Positions 34,648 to 48,100 of a stretch of DNA of 64,000 nucleotides are shown here, one piece after another (the stretch's first letter is position 1; the number at the start of each line of letters is the position of its first letter). Made by a program: the position numbers and the translations under genes. The notes below the pieces were generated by a model, which did no database searches, was not told where the DNA came from, and saw only the letters and a list, made by a program, of their open reading frames with translations. This stretch comes from Lingula anatina. Taxonomy: Eukaryota; Animalia; Brachiopoda. The stretch spans positions 26,970,001 through 27,034,000 of the forward strand of contig CM120642.1 in the NCBI GenBank assembly GCA_051362555.1, written 5' to 3'.

Positions 34648-37583
34648 ATGGCTTTTCAATTTCATCAAGGTGGCTTCACCAACATAGCTGATGATTCTGC
34701 AGACTCGAGAGTTAGTGCTGCTATGAGAAAGACAAAAAGAGAAACAAATGGGCCTCATGCAACAAAGAGGGTAGCACTGGGAACTATCACAAATCAGAGA
34801 GTTCAACCGTCGAGGGCGGCCAAACCCAAGCAGGTAAACCGTCCGCCATTTTCAAATTTTTTCTTTGTCCCAGTCAGGATTAATTTTACCGCCCGAATAC
34901 TTATTCATCTGCCACCAAAGTATTCTAACCATAATTTCCTTCCCTTTTATATTAGGTAAATGCTTCCAGCACATTTTCGGGATTCGGTCAGGATGAAAAC
35001 CAGGTTGGGAAGTCGTTCGGTATCGCCGCCTCACAGGGATTCACAATCCACGTTGACGACGAACCAGAAGTTCAGATAACACATGTGATAAAACCACCAG
35101 TTGACAGCTCGGATGTTAATTTGCAGCTAAATCCAGCAGTTACTTCACTTGCTGAAACAGCATATGAACGAACAGGTAAAATTATATAAAAACAAAAAAA
35201 TCAGGTCAGCCAATTTGAAAACGGTTAAACGTTTGTACTATCAGACGTTATATGGTTTAGAGCTGGGGGACCTTTTAATTTCTTAAGAAATTCGAAGCAT
35301 CTTAAGTGATATTTTTTACATTAAGAATGGTTATTACGAAAAGAAAAATTTTATGCATTACTCTTAATTATTTTCCGATGGAATTCTTCCTTTTGTAGAT
35401 TCTCCTATGTGCTTGGATGTGTCTATGGAAGAAAGGCCTCATCTGACTCCAGGAGAAGAGAGAGAAGCCATCATCTTGACAGTACCAGAGTACACTGGGG
35501 ATATCTATACCTACCTCAGAGAAGCAGAGGTAAAAAGAAAGATTGAAGTTTTGAAATAAATGAGTTTTAAAATTCAAACCAATGATGACATAAACATGCT
35601 GACTGTAGGATTAAAAGAAAGATTTTCATTGCTTATACAAATATGAATTCTACATATCGGCCATGTTTTTTTCAATAAATGAAATATTTCATCATTTTCC
35701 TGTATTTATTTTTTCAGCGAAGACACAGACCAAAGCCAGAGTACATGAGAAAACAACCAGATATCACGACAAATATGCGCTGTATTCTTGTTGACTGGCT
35801 TGTTGAGGTTGCTGAGGAGTACAAGCTGCACAGAGAGACCCTCTGTTTAGCCGTCAGCTACATTGATAGGTTCTTGTCACAGATGTCAGTGCTTAGGGGA
35901 AAGCTGCAATTAGTTGGTGCTGCTTGCATGTTCTTAGCTGCGTAAGTGTTTTCAGTTTTTCCAAATTCTTTTTTTTTTTCCTTAAGAAATTGAAAGATTT
36001 TCAAGCTGACAAGGGTATGAGCACAAAGCGATAGGAAAATGTGATAAAAGTAGCCTAGTAAGTTTAATGTCTAAACAGACCAAACAAATTATCATACTTC
36101 TCACATGGATTTGTAATTTATCCAACACGTTATGAAATTTCGCAGTAATGTGCTTTCATCATTATATCCCAACACATAATTGGATTTTTTTTCTACAGCA
36201 AATATGAAGAGATCTATCCTCCAGATGTTGGCGAATTTGTTTACATTACTGATGACACTTACACAAAGAAACAGGTGAGGTGTTTTCTGTGTTGTCCATT
36301 GAATATACTTCATTATTTTCAACTTAGTGGAAGTCAGTATTAGGGAACAAAACTTGTACAACTGAAAGTTCTTATCAAGAGGGAATTGTTTCAGTTTCAT
36401 CTCTGCAAATGTATTTTTATTTTTGTTTTCTAGGTACTTAGAATGGAACATTTAGTGCTGAAAGTGCTCTCATTTGATGTGGCTGTGCCCACTGCCAATT
36501 GTTTTTGTGAACGCTTCCTGGAGATTTCTGGTGCTGATGATCAGACAAAGTCACTAGCAATGGTATTATTCTCTCTCTCTCTCCACACCAAATCAGTTTC
36601 TCATTTGTAAAAAATAACTGGAAGTTCCATCTTTTCCAGTGTCAGAGGTGAAATCCAAGCTGTAAAGGGTAGTTTATTATAATGGAGTTGTGGATAGAAG
36701 TTTGTCTTATAACTAGTTGTTTTACGCTGCATATTTTATCATAAGTAATTGGTTAACCAACTTGAAATCTTCATCTTTCAGTATTTGGTGGAGCTGACCC
36801 TCATTGACATTGACCCATATCTAAAATTTCTGCCCAGCGAAATTGCAGCATCTGCAGTCTGTTTAGCAAACCACACACTTGGGCATCAAACTTGGGTAAG
36901 TTTGAAACAGGTTAAATCATGGATTTGAAACCTAATTTTTTAAAATTCTTTTTTTTTTAAAGAATTCAAATCCTAATGCATTTGAAATAAATGTTTGGGT
37001 AAAGGAGAGGGGCCATTTTGGATCCCACTTGAGAAAGACTTGGAGGCTTTTCTGAAATGCCACTGAAAATACCAATAATTGATAGTGGAAACTCTGGTCT
37101 CTGAATTGAGTTTATAACAACATCTCCATATGGTTGTTTAAAAGTTCATCTGTGTATGTTGATTAAATGTTGAACATAATTTAAATTGTTTTTCCAGTCT
37201 TACCATATGCAGCAGAGCACAGGTTACAGTGTAAAATCCCTGGAATTATTAATACACGCAATGCATAAAACATTCACCAATGCTCCAAATCACCCACAGC
37301 AAGCAGTGAGGGAAAAGTACAAGTCATCAAAGTAAGAACATTGGCTTTTATTGTATTTGAGAATTTGGATATAAGTGTTAGTTTTGCTGAAATTTTGTCG
37401 GTCTTTTACCTCTCAAGTAAAAGGAGTAAATACAATATTTTCAAATGATGACATTAAGACGGATTTGTAGACTGACGCATGCGGATCTGTTCATATTTAA
37501 AGTTGTATCTTGATATTTTCAGATACCACCAAGTGTCTACTCTATCACCCAGACTGACTTTCCCAACTGGAGCTGTTCACTGA
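34648..37583 (+). CDS. CCNA2: Cyclin A (cyclin-A2-like), 9 coding exons
   Basis: D-box RVALGTITN; [16 protein letters not shown]; cyclin box [18 protein letters not shown]...[22 protein letters not shown]; [11 protein letters not shown]. First exon 34648-34833, last exon 37523-37583. Confidence 0.97.
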
Positions 37584-38800
37584 AACTATTATTGACACTG
37601 TAGCTAGCTATCTTCCAACCAAACAACCAGTTGTGATTTGCTGCTCATCTCAAGACTGAAACTCATCGCATTCGCCGACCATTAAAACCCATTCAGATAA
37701 CCCTTCATGATTTGAGACTGCGTGTTTTATTTTTAGCTAAAATGAAATGTGCATTGCTCAGTGTGGACTGTAATGATGCAGTTGGTCCTTCTGTCAGGCC
37801 TGTATGAATCTGTGAATTTGAAACTTTTGCTGGTTTTATTTGTGATGTTGTTTTTTCATCTGTGAAGTTTTTTATTTTTTATTTTTTTTTTAAACAATTA
37901 ATCAACGGTTTCCACTGTGCAATCTTTCAAATTCTTCATTCAGCCAAGGCCTGAGAAGGTAAATAGACCCAATTGTTGTCATTTTTATATGTGAGGTGAG
38001 GGCCAAGTTCAGAAGAAGCTCTTGTAGTCCCAAGTGCTGAAATTGGTAAAGGAACTGCATCTGTGAAACATTTTAATGTGCAATCAACTTCAACGATTCT
38101 GTGATTCTGAAAGATGCTTTTTCTTCTTGGTCTTGCAGAATATTGTGAAGTTGATTTCTGGAAGGCAAGAGTAAAGTCTTGCACTTTGTTCTTGTGATGA
38201 GTGCAACAGTCCTTGTTTTATTTATTTTAGATTTTATAATGCAATATAAATAATATCTAAAACACTGGCAAGTCTATGAACTGTACGCAAAACCTTGACC
38301 TTATTTTTAAAGTAGTCTTATTTTAGTCTTTTGTATATATTTTACATTTCTGCTATGTTGCTTTATTCTTTATTTTTATTTAAGTAGATTATCTTGATGA
38401 CCCTAAAGCATGTGGAACTGTTATTTAGTCATATTTTTACTGGATGTCAATGACCAAGTTTACATGCTGTTGTTGATTTGGAAAATACTACTCTGATCCA
38501 CTCGAAACATTACTCCAAAGCAATTTATTTCCTTTTTAATTACAAAAGAGCATGAATGATGAATGCTGAGAGAATGTGACCACAATTGTGAATGCACTTC
38601 TGTAGTTCTGATTTTAACCATAAATGTGGGTTTTCAGATGTCTCAAAAATTGATCAAAAGTGAAAATCCTATCATGGCAAGTGATATTTTTAAAAACTCC
38701 CAAGAATATGGTAGATTAGGCAAGTTATTCTAAAGCCCACAGGGAATTTGTACATAAGAATGGAAAATGTGTAAACTTGCAATGTCTGCCATTTGTATGA

Positions 38801-38810
38801 AATAAATAAA
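38801..38810 (+). terminator. Likely cyclin A polyadenylation signal (overlapping AATAAA hexamers)
   Basis: AATAAATAAA followed by a GT/T-rich downstream element. Confidence 0.5.
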
Positions 38811-39984
38811 AAGAAAAATGTTATTTGTTTAGTCGGTGTTTTCAAGTTTGATGATTGCACTTCTCCCTAAATAGAATGGATTCAAGCTGGGATTACTCAT
38901 TAGATTGTGCCAAGCCAGTAGTATCGGTCTGAAAATAGTAGGTAAATTTCCCTCCTCCCTATTCCCACGTTTTTTTTTTTTCCTCCAAGCATGGTTCTAC
39001 AGTTATCAAAATGACTGAAAATAGTTCTTGGGATGGTAACATGTTCGTAGTAGTAAACAATTAGAACTGTATAAAATTGAAAACTGCTGCCATGCTTTTA
39101 CATTTGTATCCTGTGCTCATCCAGTTTATATTGGTTAACTGCTGCACTCCATATGCTTAGTTTTCTAAAATTCCCCCCCCCCCCCCCCCATATTTCCCCT
39201 CATAAATACTCATATATCAAGAATTTCATGCTATGTACATGTGGAAGATTTAATATACTTGAAAATTGCATTTTATGGAGCTATTTTTTCGTGTTCTCCT
39301 GAGAGTGGAATATGTGGCGCACGTACAAAAAATGGAAGCATATTTCTGCTAGCTTTGAGAACAGTTGAAATACATTCAAAGATATTTATTTTCGAATAAT
39401 ATACAATACCGTTTTACATAAACATGTTTGAGTGCACATTGGCTATAAGGATTTATAGAAAATAAAAGCTTGGTTAAAAATCTTTCATAAATACAGTATA
39501 CACTTACTTCACATACCATCATCCACAATATAAATACATATGTAGTATAAGTAAGATTTAAATAGGTAAAGATAAGGTAAAGTTATCTCGTTCACTTTAT
39601 GGAAATTTTTCACATAAAAACATGTAATTGCACAGAAGAAAGTTGGTGGTAAAAACCTCCTGCTGCCCTTCAATCATGAGGTGGCAAAGATTCTCAAAAG
39701 CTCGATAATGTAAAAATAACTGCATCGGAGGATTCAATAAATTATGTAAAGGAATACATTCATTCGTGCTACATGTAACTGTAAAATAAACATAAATTTT
39801 TCTGGCCAAATTTCCATGTCTTTGTAGGTCAAATCCCTGGGATAATACATTTATAAGCGAGAGGAATGGACATTTTCAACAAGAGGCCCTTTAATGTGAT
39901 TTTGTTTTGATATCCACTGCGGGGAAGTTGCTAGGTGGGGCTGCATCTGTTGACAGGTATGGACTGTAGGTGGTGCTGGCCTCT

Positions 39985-42900
39985 TCAAGACAGACTACAG
40001 GAAGATTTGTTGGAGCTGTCCTGAGTCTGGAAATGGAATTAGTACACCTTTTGCTGTAAACAAACACAGAAGAACACTCAAGATTAACACAAAGTTTCAA
40101 TAATACTGATAAGGGTATTATGTTTTGCTTCCTCTTAAGAAAAAAATCACATGTTCATCAATTTGCAATTATAAATGTCCAAAAAGTATATTTTTGATTA
40201 CCGATTTTAATCATGAAATGTAAGATCATTCATATTCTCTCCCAATATGATAACCAGATTTTTACAAAATAGTACAGGAATCCAAAATATATAAGGTAAT
40301 CACACCAATTTTCAAAACCTTTTCTTAACAACTATTTGTCAGTAAGGTAAGATATTTAATTGCTGTACCCGTCGATTCTGCCTCCTTGCATCCTGTTCAC
40401 TTGCAGCAATGGCTTGAGCTAAGGCCAAGTCCTCCTGCTCCTGCTGTGTCATGCTATAGAAAAACAAGATTTTCCGGATGAAGAATCCAAACTCAATATC
40501 ACCAATTTATAAATATTTATTAACAGTGCCCTCTAGGTGTATGATTCAATAATAACAAAATAAATATTTCAGGATAAAATACAATTTCGGTCATATGTTT
40601 GAATTACAATACAACTTCAATGTGGAAATTTAAATTATAATAACAGTAGTTATTATCAAAGCTCATTGAGCACTAACAGGTAAATTTTCAGATTTGCCAG
40701 CTCTTCACAAATATTTTCAACATGTGCTTCTAATGGATATGAACAAAACCGATTTTCAAGCTGAAAGGATTTGTACTCACTGTTGGTTCTGTGGTGGAGG
40801 AGGTTGTTGCTGTGAATCTGCCATGGACAGTGCTATAGCTCTTGCTAGCGCCTCATCTTCAGACTACAACAAAGCAGACATTTATTTTAAGGTGTACAAA
40901 ATTGTTTAAGATTTTTTTTTTCAAATGTTCTAATCCAATATTATTTGGTATATTATCTGAAATATGACCATATTTTAGACATTCACTAATATCACAAAAA
41001 TAACATGCTGAGCTTTGAGAAAATATGACTGTTATTTATTCATTCAACTTAGTATTAATCCACCTAGAATTTATTTCAACGAAAAACAATATGTGTAGAC
41101 CATACCATAGCACCTTGCACAGCCTGGGCTGAAGTAGCACCTTGTCCCTGAGCAGCTCTCTCTCTTCTTTCTCTACAGAATAAATATTCAAAATATAGGT
41201 CTAGGAGACAAAAAAAAAAAAATAAATAAATAAAAAAAAAAATAAATAAATAAAATAAAATAAAAATAGAGTCAATGACATGCAGTTTCTGATGTAAATG
41301 TCTTCAGTATCTTACCTGTCCAGGTCTCTCCCCATGTTACTGAGCAGTGACTGCTGTGGTCTGCTGTTGCTGGTCGACTTATTACCACCAGGTTTTGATG
41401 ACTGACTGGAACTGGTAGTGTTACGTGCCATGGCAGCAGCTCTGAAACAGAGCGGTTACCTTTATTATAATTGCCATGTTGAAAATGCTGAATTTTCGAA
41501 CCAAAAATGTTCAAAGATGGTTATATAGTCAATTAGGGTCAGCCATTTATCTGTTAATTTAAATGCAGGTTTGCTCTCTGTTGTAAGACGGGACCTTTCC
41601 AGACTCAGTACATTATAGGAGAGCATGCTATTAATAAGAAACCATTACGTATGCCAGGTGTACTGTATGTGTCATAAATTTACCCTGCTCTAGACATTCC
41701 TCTGCCTGTGCCTTCAAAACCTTGACATTTGTGGTCAGATTCATGACGATGCTTGAAACAAAAATTCTTGTGGCATTTCTCACAGACAACTGGCACTAGC
41801 TGAAATAGATACATATGCACAAAGATAAATGTAAAATATGTATAAAATCAAATATTAAGATTTGCCGATTTCAAACTTATGTAAGGCCACACTTTTTTAA
41901 TTTTATGGATGACATCCTGCGCGCGCACGGATTTTCGCCCGTTCTCCAAAAAAAAAAAAAAAAAAAGCCCCCCCCCCAGCCCCCAACGAAGTCGGTTGTC
42001 GCAAACGTTGTTATTGAATTTGCAAGGAAATGAGCTTTCTGCGCATGCGTATTTTCGCCACGTGGAAATGCGGCTACTTTGCTGTCAAATTCATCTCTAG
42101 GATTACTTTCAAATTACACAACAATAAAAGTCATAAAGAGAACGGGCGCCATCGTTTTGGATTGGTATGCCATTGATATTGGGCATGGAGATATCACCTT
42201 TTTACAATTGTGCGAAAGGCTGGCGGCGGCCGAAACATTTCTGTGACATTCTGTATAAAGCAGCACATTAATACCAGGTTTTCTGTAGCGAAAAAAGGGT
42301 CAACAAGGGCGTCGAGGTATTTGGTGGGCTGAAGGTCGGACAGGCCACCTGACAGTTTAGCTGCTTCGTGTGAGTTGAAGTTGACAAAATGGCATCGTCT
42401 GAAATGACCTTTAATAGATTTGGTAGTATTAAGCATATCTTTGCATCATTTTTTAAACATTTCTGTGAAGTGTTCAAAATGTTTTAATATTCTGAGAATA
42501 CAAATAAAGACACACTGTTTGATTGATATTTGTTTTATTGATTGCTATACCAAATGAATGCATGAAATAACCTTAAATAGATTTGGTAATATGAAGTATA
42601 TCAATTCATGACTTTTTTTACATTTCTACGACGTATTCACAATGCTTTAATATTTTGAGAGCATGGATAAAGACATATTGTTAGTTTGATACGTGTTTCT
42701 GTGGTTAAATGTGTGTTTCCAGCTGTGTACTGACAGCATTCCTTTACTTAAGCAGTTTTTTTTTTTTTGGACTGTTTTTTTTTTTTTTTCGCCCTCTCGC
42801 ACCGATTTTGGGGTACTCAGAGGATGTCATCCATAAAAATAAAAAAGTGTGGCCTAATGTGTAATTACACTTTATTAAGACTAAAATAAATGGACAGTAA

Positions 42901-43516
42901 AATGCAGTCCCATAATGTGCAGCATTGATCTATGATGAATGAATGCAGAGCCATGAATGGAAAATGTGAACAAATATGATTTTTTTTTATTTTTTAACGA
43001 TGAGAATAATCATGTACTCACCTCTCTTGTTTTGCAGCCTTTTTTAGAGCACCTGTTCTGGTAAACCTGGAAGTAGAAGATGATAAATAATATGATATTG
43101 AGTATGACATTTATTTGAATAGATATGAAATCGCCTTTTTCTCAATGCACAGATCATGTTTTGATATTTTCAGTTCCGAATCCTTTCAGTCAAGTTTCAC
43201 ACCTAAAATGTTGGCCAAATGCTACAAGCCTCATCAAAAATTAATGCATGTACTATGTTGTTGCTTTTTTCCTATTGTGACTTCTTTCCTTCATAACTAA
43301 AAATCTTACATTTAAGGCCTTAGGAAAATAAATATTTTACAGAGTCAGCATGATAAAATGTCTTCATCATGCACTGTCTTTCAATTTCTTTTACAAGCAA
43401 TGTGTCCTTCTTTACAGATTCTATTTAAAGACTTGTGAAAGTATAACTGGAAATGTTAACATCCTTTTTCTTTTAACACTGTAAGCTCAAAGACAGAGCT
43501 GAGGAAATGACATGTA

Positions 43517-43598
<82 letters not shown>

Positions 43599-44216
43599 CT
43601 GTATGTCAACTATCAATCTATTTTCATAAATCTATGGTCTTTCTCTCCTACCTACCTGCCCTCTCCTTGCTTTTGCTGGGTCAGACTGGCAGTCTGTGTC
43701 TATGTGCTGACCAACTTTGATGTCCGGCAACTCACCCCTGTCCACAGGGATAGGCTTGTTACACAGTGGACACACTGGAACCTGATTGTCCTGACAAATA
43801 AATGTTGTATTTGTGATAAATGACTAGTATAATTGATGGACTGTCCTGATCAAAAAATGGTGTTTTTGTGATAAATAACTAGTAAATTTAACAGATTGAG
43901 CTGATCCTGCAGTTATATCGTTAATTTATATCTGACCTTTCAATCTATGAGATAAAAGAAAAGTTTAACAACACCAAGTTTTCTTAAATACAAAGCAAAT
44001 GTATTGTATTAATTTACCAAGTGCCAAAGTTTTACTGATTTTAAATTATTATGGTCGAATTAATGATGACAAAGTATAGTATATACACTAAATAAAAACA
44101 TACATAATCTACATAACAAGCTCAAAATTGGAACTAATATTGTTAATTAGCTCTCAGAAAATCAGGGTTACTTCTAAAATTACAAATTTTTGTCTCAAGT
44201 TTTTGTTGAACACAGT

Positions 44217-44292
<76 letters not shown>

Positions 44293-45003
44293 CTCACCTT
44301 CTTAAATGATTCTGGGCAGTTATGGTGCTGATACTGGAAATGATCTTTACTGAAAAAGTAATGTTAATCTTTTAAGCTTCGTTTGATCAAATTTGTCAGC
44401 ACAGTATAACCAAATGTTTAGCATTTCATTTAAAGTTACATGTTTTGTAATGTATGATACGTTTATTTACTATTTTATATGCTTAACATAATTATAAGCA
44501 AGTAAATAGTTAATGTGTAATGTATGGTGGTTCCTGGAATATAGACAAGACATAAAAATTCAGCTTACCAAAATATCTTCTGGCATGCATCACATTTCAG
44601 GGGCAGGAAATCTGAAAGTACAAAGTTACTCCTATAACTTTGGGATACATCATGAAATTGTTTTCTTGGGGATGTTGGGGTGGGAATGCACTGTGCTTTC
44701 TTAGAACTAGCCTAGTATGAAATGATATTTCTAATACATAACCCACAAAAAACTTCAACAAGTAAATTTTAACTGTGAGTCATTGAATGGAAACCTCAAT
44801 TCTGTTGGTCATCCTTTCTCTATAATTTTCAAGTGCTGTTTTAGTCGTTAATCTGATTATTTTTAAACGAATTTAACATTTGAGTAATGTATCTCATGTT
44901 TACTGTTTAAAGCTATAATTTCGTTTTTAGAATTTGCGAATTACATACCAAGTTGTTTACAAAAACTTTCTGAGCACTGCTGTCCTAAGTGAGGGAGCTC
45001 CAT
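39985..45003 (-). CDS. ZFAND2B: AN1-type zinc finger protein 2B-like (AIRAPL), 11 coding exons
   Basis: MELPHLGQQCSESFCKQLDFLPLKCDACQKIFCKDH (AN1-1); VPVCPLCNKPIP; CSKKGCK...CEKCHKNFCFKHRHESDHKC (AN1-2); two UIMs SEDEALARAIALSM and QEQEDLALAQAIAASE; C-terminal CaaX CSLS in exon 40026-39985. Confidence 0.95.
41885..42854. mobile_element. 970-bp non-autonomous PIF/Harbinger-like element in a ZFAND2B intron
   Basis: 34-bp TIRs GGCCACACTTTTTTA(A/T)TTTTATGGATGACATCCT with one mismatch, TAA on both sides, and no transposase ORF. Confidence 0.88.
43520..43595. repeat. (GT)n microsatellite
   Basis: Direct run. Confidence 0.99.
44220..44291. repeat. (TA)n microsatellite
   Basis: Direct run. Confidence 0.99.
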
Positions 45004-45106
45004 TTTCTGTTCCTGATAATGACGACACAACTATGCGCGCGCATTTATATAGGGAGAATCCATGATGACATCACAAATCCTCGTTTTCATTTCTGAAAAT
45101 CCCAAA
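45004..45106. promoter_or_regulatory. Ultra-compact bidirectional promoter region between ZFAND2B and PPID
   Basis: Divergent ATGs at 45003 (-) and 45107 (+). The gap contains the palindrome TGCGCGCGCA, TTTATATA and TGACATCA; AAAATGGCGG (YY1-like) overlaps the PPID ATG. Confidence 0.75.
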
Positions 45107-48100
45107 ATGGCGGAAACTGCAGAAGGGAATCCCCGTTGCTTTTTTGACATTAAAATCGGCAATGAAGAAGGTAAATGTCGCATAAATTTGAAATTTATGT
45201 TCTAAATTTGAATTTGAAACTTTTAGAGCATCACGTGTTCTGGTTTGAATGCCATTACAAATATTTATAAGCGCGAAATTGCTCCGTCATTCTGAACTTC
45301 CCATTAATGTTGTGCTATATTTAGAAACCACGTGGGAATTCTAGAAGTTTCTGGTCTGTTTTCGGTGTGTCTTAGGTAATAATTTCAATCACAGTTAGTC
45401 ACCTTAATATGTTGGATCGGTCAGTACCGTTATCAACTTGGTCAGGCATATTTTAGGACGAATCTGAACGTTTTAAAATTGAATGATCATTGGCTATCAT
45501 GGATCATTAGACTAACATCTGTACTAGTAGATCTACATGTACTAAAGTTCAAACGAGTAAAACTAGATATTTTTTATATTTTGAATAAAGCCAAAATATG
45601 AATATAACATTTGTAGCAAAGCCTTTAAAAAAGAATGCCTGATTTATAGCATTATTACTTAAAAGATGGAAGACATGTTACCATTTTATTAACAAGGACA
45701 TTTTTATTGTTTTTATTTTACCTGGTTTAAAGATTCTCGTGTATATATAATAGTATATATAAATCTTTAAATTTCATACCTCCATGGTCCATGTATGGGG
45801 TTAAAAAGAAAAATGGAAAAGTGAGAATTGTACTTTTTTTCTATAAAATGCAATATACAAAAACCACAGATCCCAGATGGAATAGGAAGAACAAATATCA
45901 ACTTTTTTCTTGTTTCCAATATTAAAAAGGTGATAAAATATATATTTTAAAATGCATCAATTTTGCTTCCTGTGAAGAAATGAGAGGATTACAAAATGTT
46001 CTTTTTTTTTTCATTTCATATTTTTGCTTTAAAATTGTTTAGTAAATTTTATTCTAATCCAGTTCATGTACAACTTCAACATTTTGGTTGCTATATATTA
46101 ATTAACATATTATTATTGTAATTATTATCATTATTATTATTATTGTTATTATTTAGGTATGTATATACATGAAATAATAATATACCAGAAGGCTTAAATT
46201 CCCATTAATCAGCATTATATACTGAGTATATCTTTTTATAGCTGGCAGGATAGTATTTGAACTGTTCAAAGATGTTGTACCCAAAACAGCTGAGAACTTC
46301 AGGGCCCTTTGTACTGGAGAAAAGGGAGATGGGGTATCAGGAAAGCCTCTTCATTACAAGGGATGTACATTCCACAGAAGTAAGTAGACTTTGTTATACT
46401 GGTATAACCCATTTTAACCTAACTTTCTGATATTAAACATTCAGCATAGATTGTGTCACGAATCCAATAGCATGGTCAAGTTGAGCTAGTCAACTTAATA
46501 TTTATATACATTAAATGTTGGTGTAAGAACTTCTTTGGAAAATAAAAGTGTATTGAATTTAAAACTTGTGACAAGTAAAATACAGTACAGTAAAATGTAT
46601 AGTAAAATTTCAGGAATTCATATCTCCATCAGCAAAGTTTTTGTTTTGTCTTTGCCTAACAATATCAATATTTGGCCTGTAGCTGAAAATGTAAAAATGG
46701 GCTCTTTATTGGGGGTGGGGGTGGGGGGGGGGGGGGGGAAACGACCCATTTTACTCATTAGTTGACCAAACTTAGGAAATGATAGTAAAAAAACCTACAT
46801 GAAATTTTGATTTCAAAGGGTCCTTTTTGAGCCATGAAAATGGTAGTTCATATGAACACCTTACCCCTGCCTAAGGGCCTGAATATGCTGAATTCAGTGC
46901 CTCTCGAGTCTGGTATAAAACAGAAACCATGTAGCGGTTATTCAGTGTGATAAGGTGTAGTTTTTATAATTGGACAAGAGCTCACAAACTGTTTTTTTTT
47001 TCAGTCATCAAGGATTTTATGATCCAGGGTGGGGACTTCACTAATGGAGATGGAACAGGAGGAGAAAGTATTTATGGTGAAAAGTTTGAAGATGAGAATT
47101 TTCAGTATAAGGTTTGTTCATTTTTTGCTTTGAATTATAGGTTGTAATTTTAAGTTCTATACTACATATGGTAAGTTTAACAATTATAGACTTGCTTTTG
47201 GTGATATCTTATTTTGCAAACCTCAGAAAAGTAATGTTGAAAAAGGTGTAGGAAAACTGTATAAATAATACATCAGCATCATGGTTTATCAGACCTCATT
47301 AATGGATATAAGATCATAATCAAAGCAGATTATGTTGATAATTATTTCATAATGTTGACACATTGTTTATTCTGAATACTTGCTTATTTTGAACATAACT
47401 GAGAAAAATACCTAAGAGTTCGAAAGCTGTATGAATATTTTATGTGTGTATGTAATTTTTTAAACGAAAAATGATAGCAAAACAAATGGATCTTTCCCTC
47501 ATCAAAATGAAATTCAAATTTTGATTCCAATTACAGCATGACAGACCAGGGTTGTTGTCAATGGCTAATGCTGGTCCAAACACTAATGGATCTCAATTCT
47601 TCATCACAACCGTGGTGACAGAGCATTTAGACAACAAGCATGTGGTGTTCGGAAAAGTCCTGAAAGGAATGGGGACAGTGAGAGCACTGGAGAACACAGA
47701 AGTCAAGGAGTCTAAACCAGTTAAGGTAAGGTTTAAAAATGCTTATTTTGACTCTGTGAAATTGTGATATAATCACAAAAAACATAATAATTAATACAAA
47801 TTACAGTTATACATTGCATTAATTGATCATATTTTGCATTTATGAAAACCAGGATAAATTATTAAATACATGTGCAGTCATGGTTCACATAAAAATGTGT
47901 TTTTAAAAATCAGTTTTGAATTGAAAAATGAGTGTGATGCATGTTCAGCTTTGATGTATTTGAAGTTGAACATCTCATAATGGGGTTAACTGTAAAATTT
48001 TAGCCATGTGTGATAGTGGATTGTGGGGAGCTGCAGCCTGGAGAGCCGGATGGTTTTGCCGTAAATGATGGAACCGAAGACTGCTATGCCAATTATCCAG

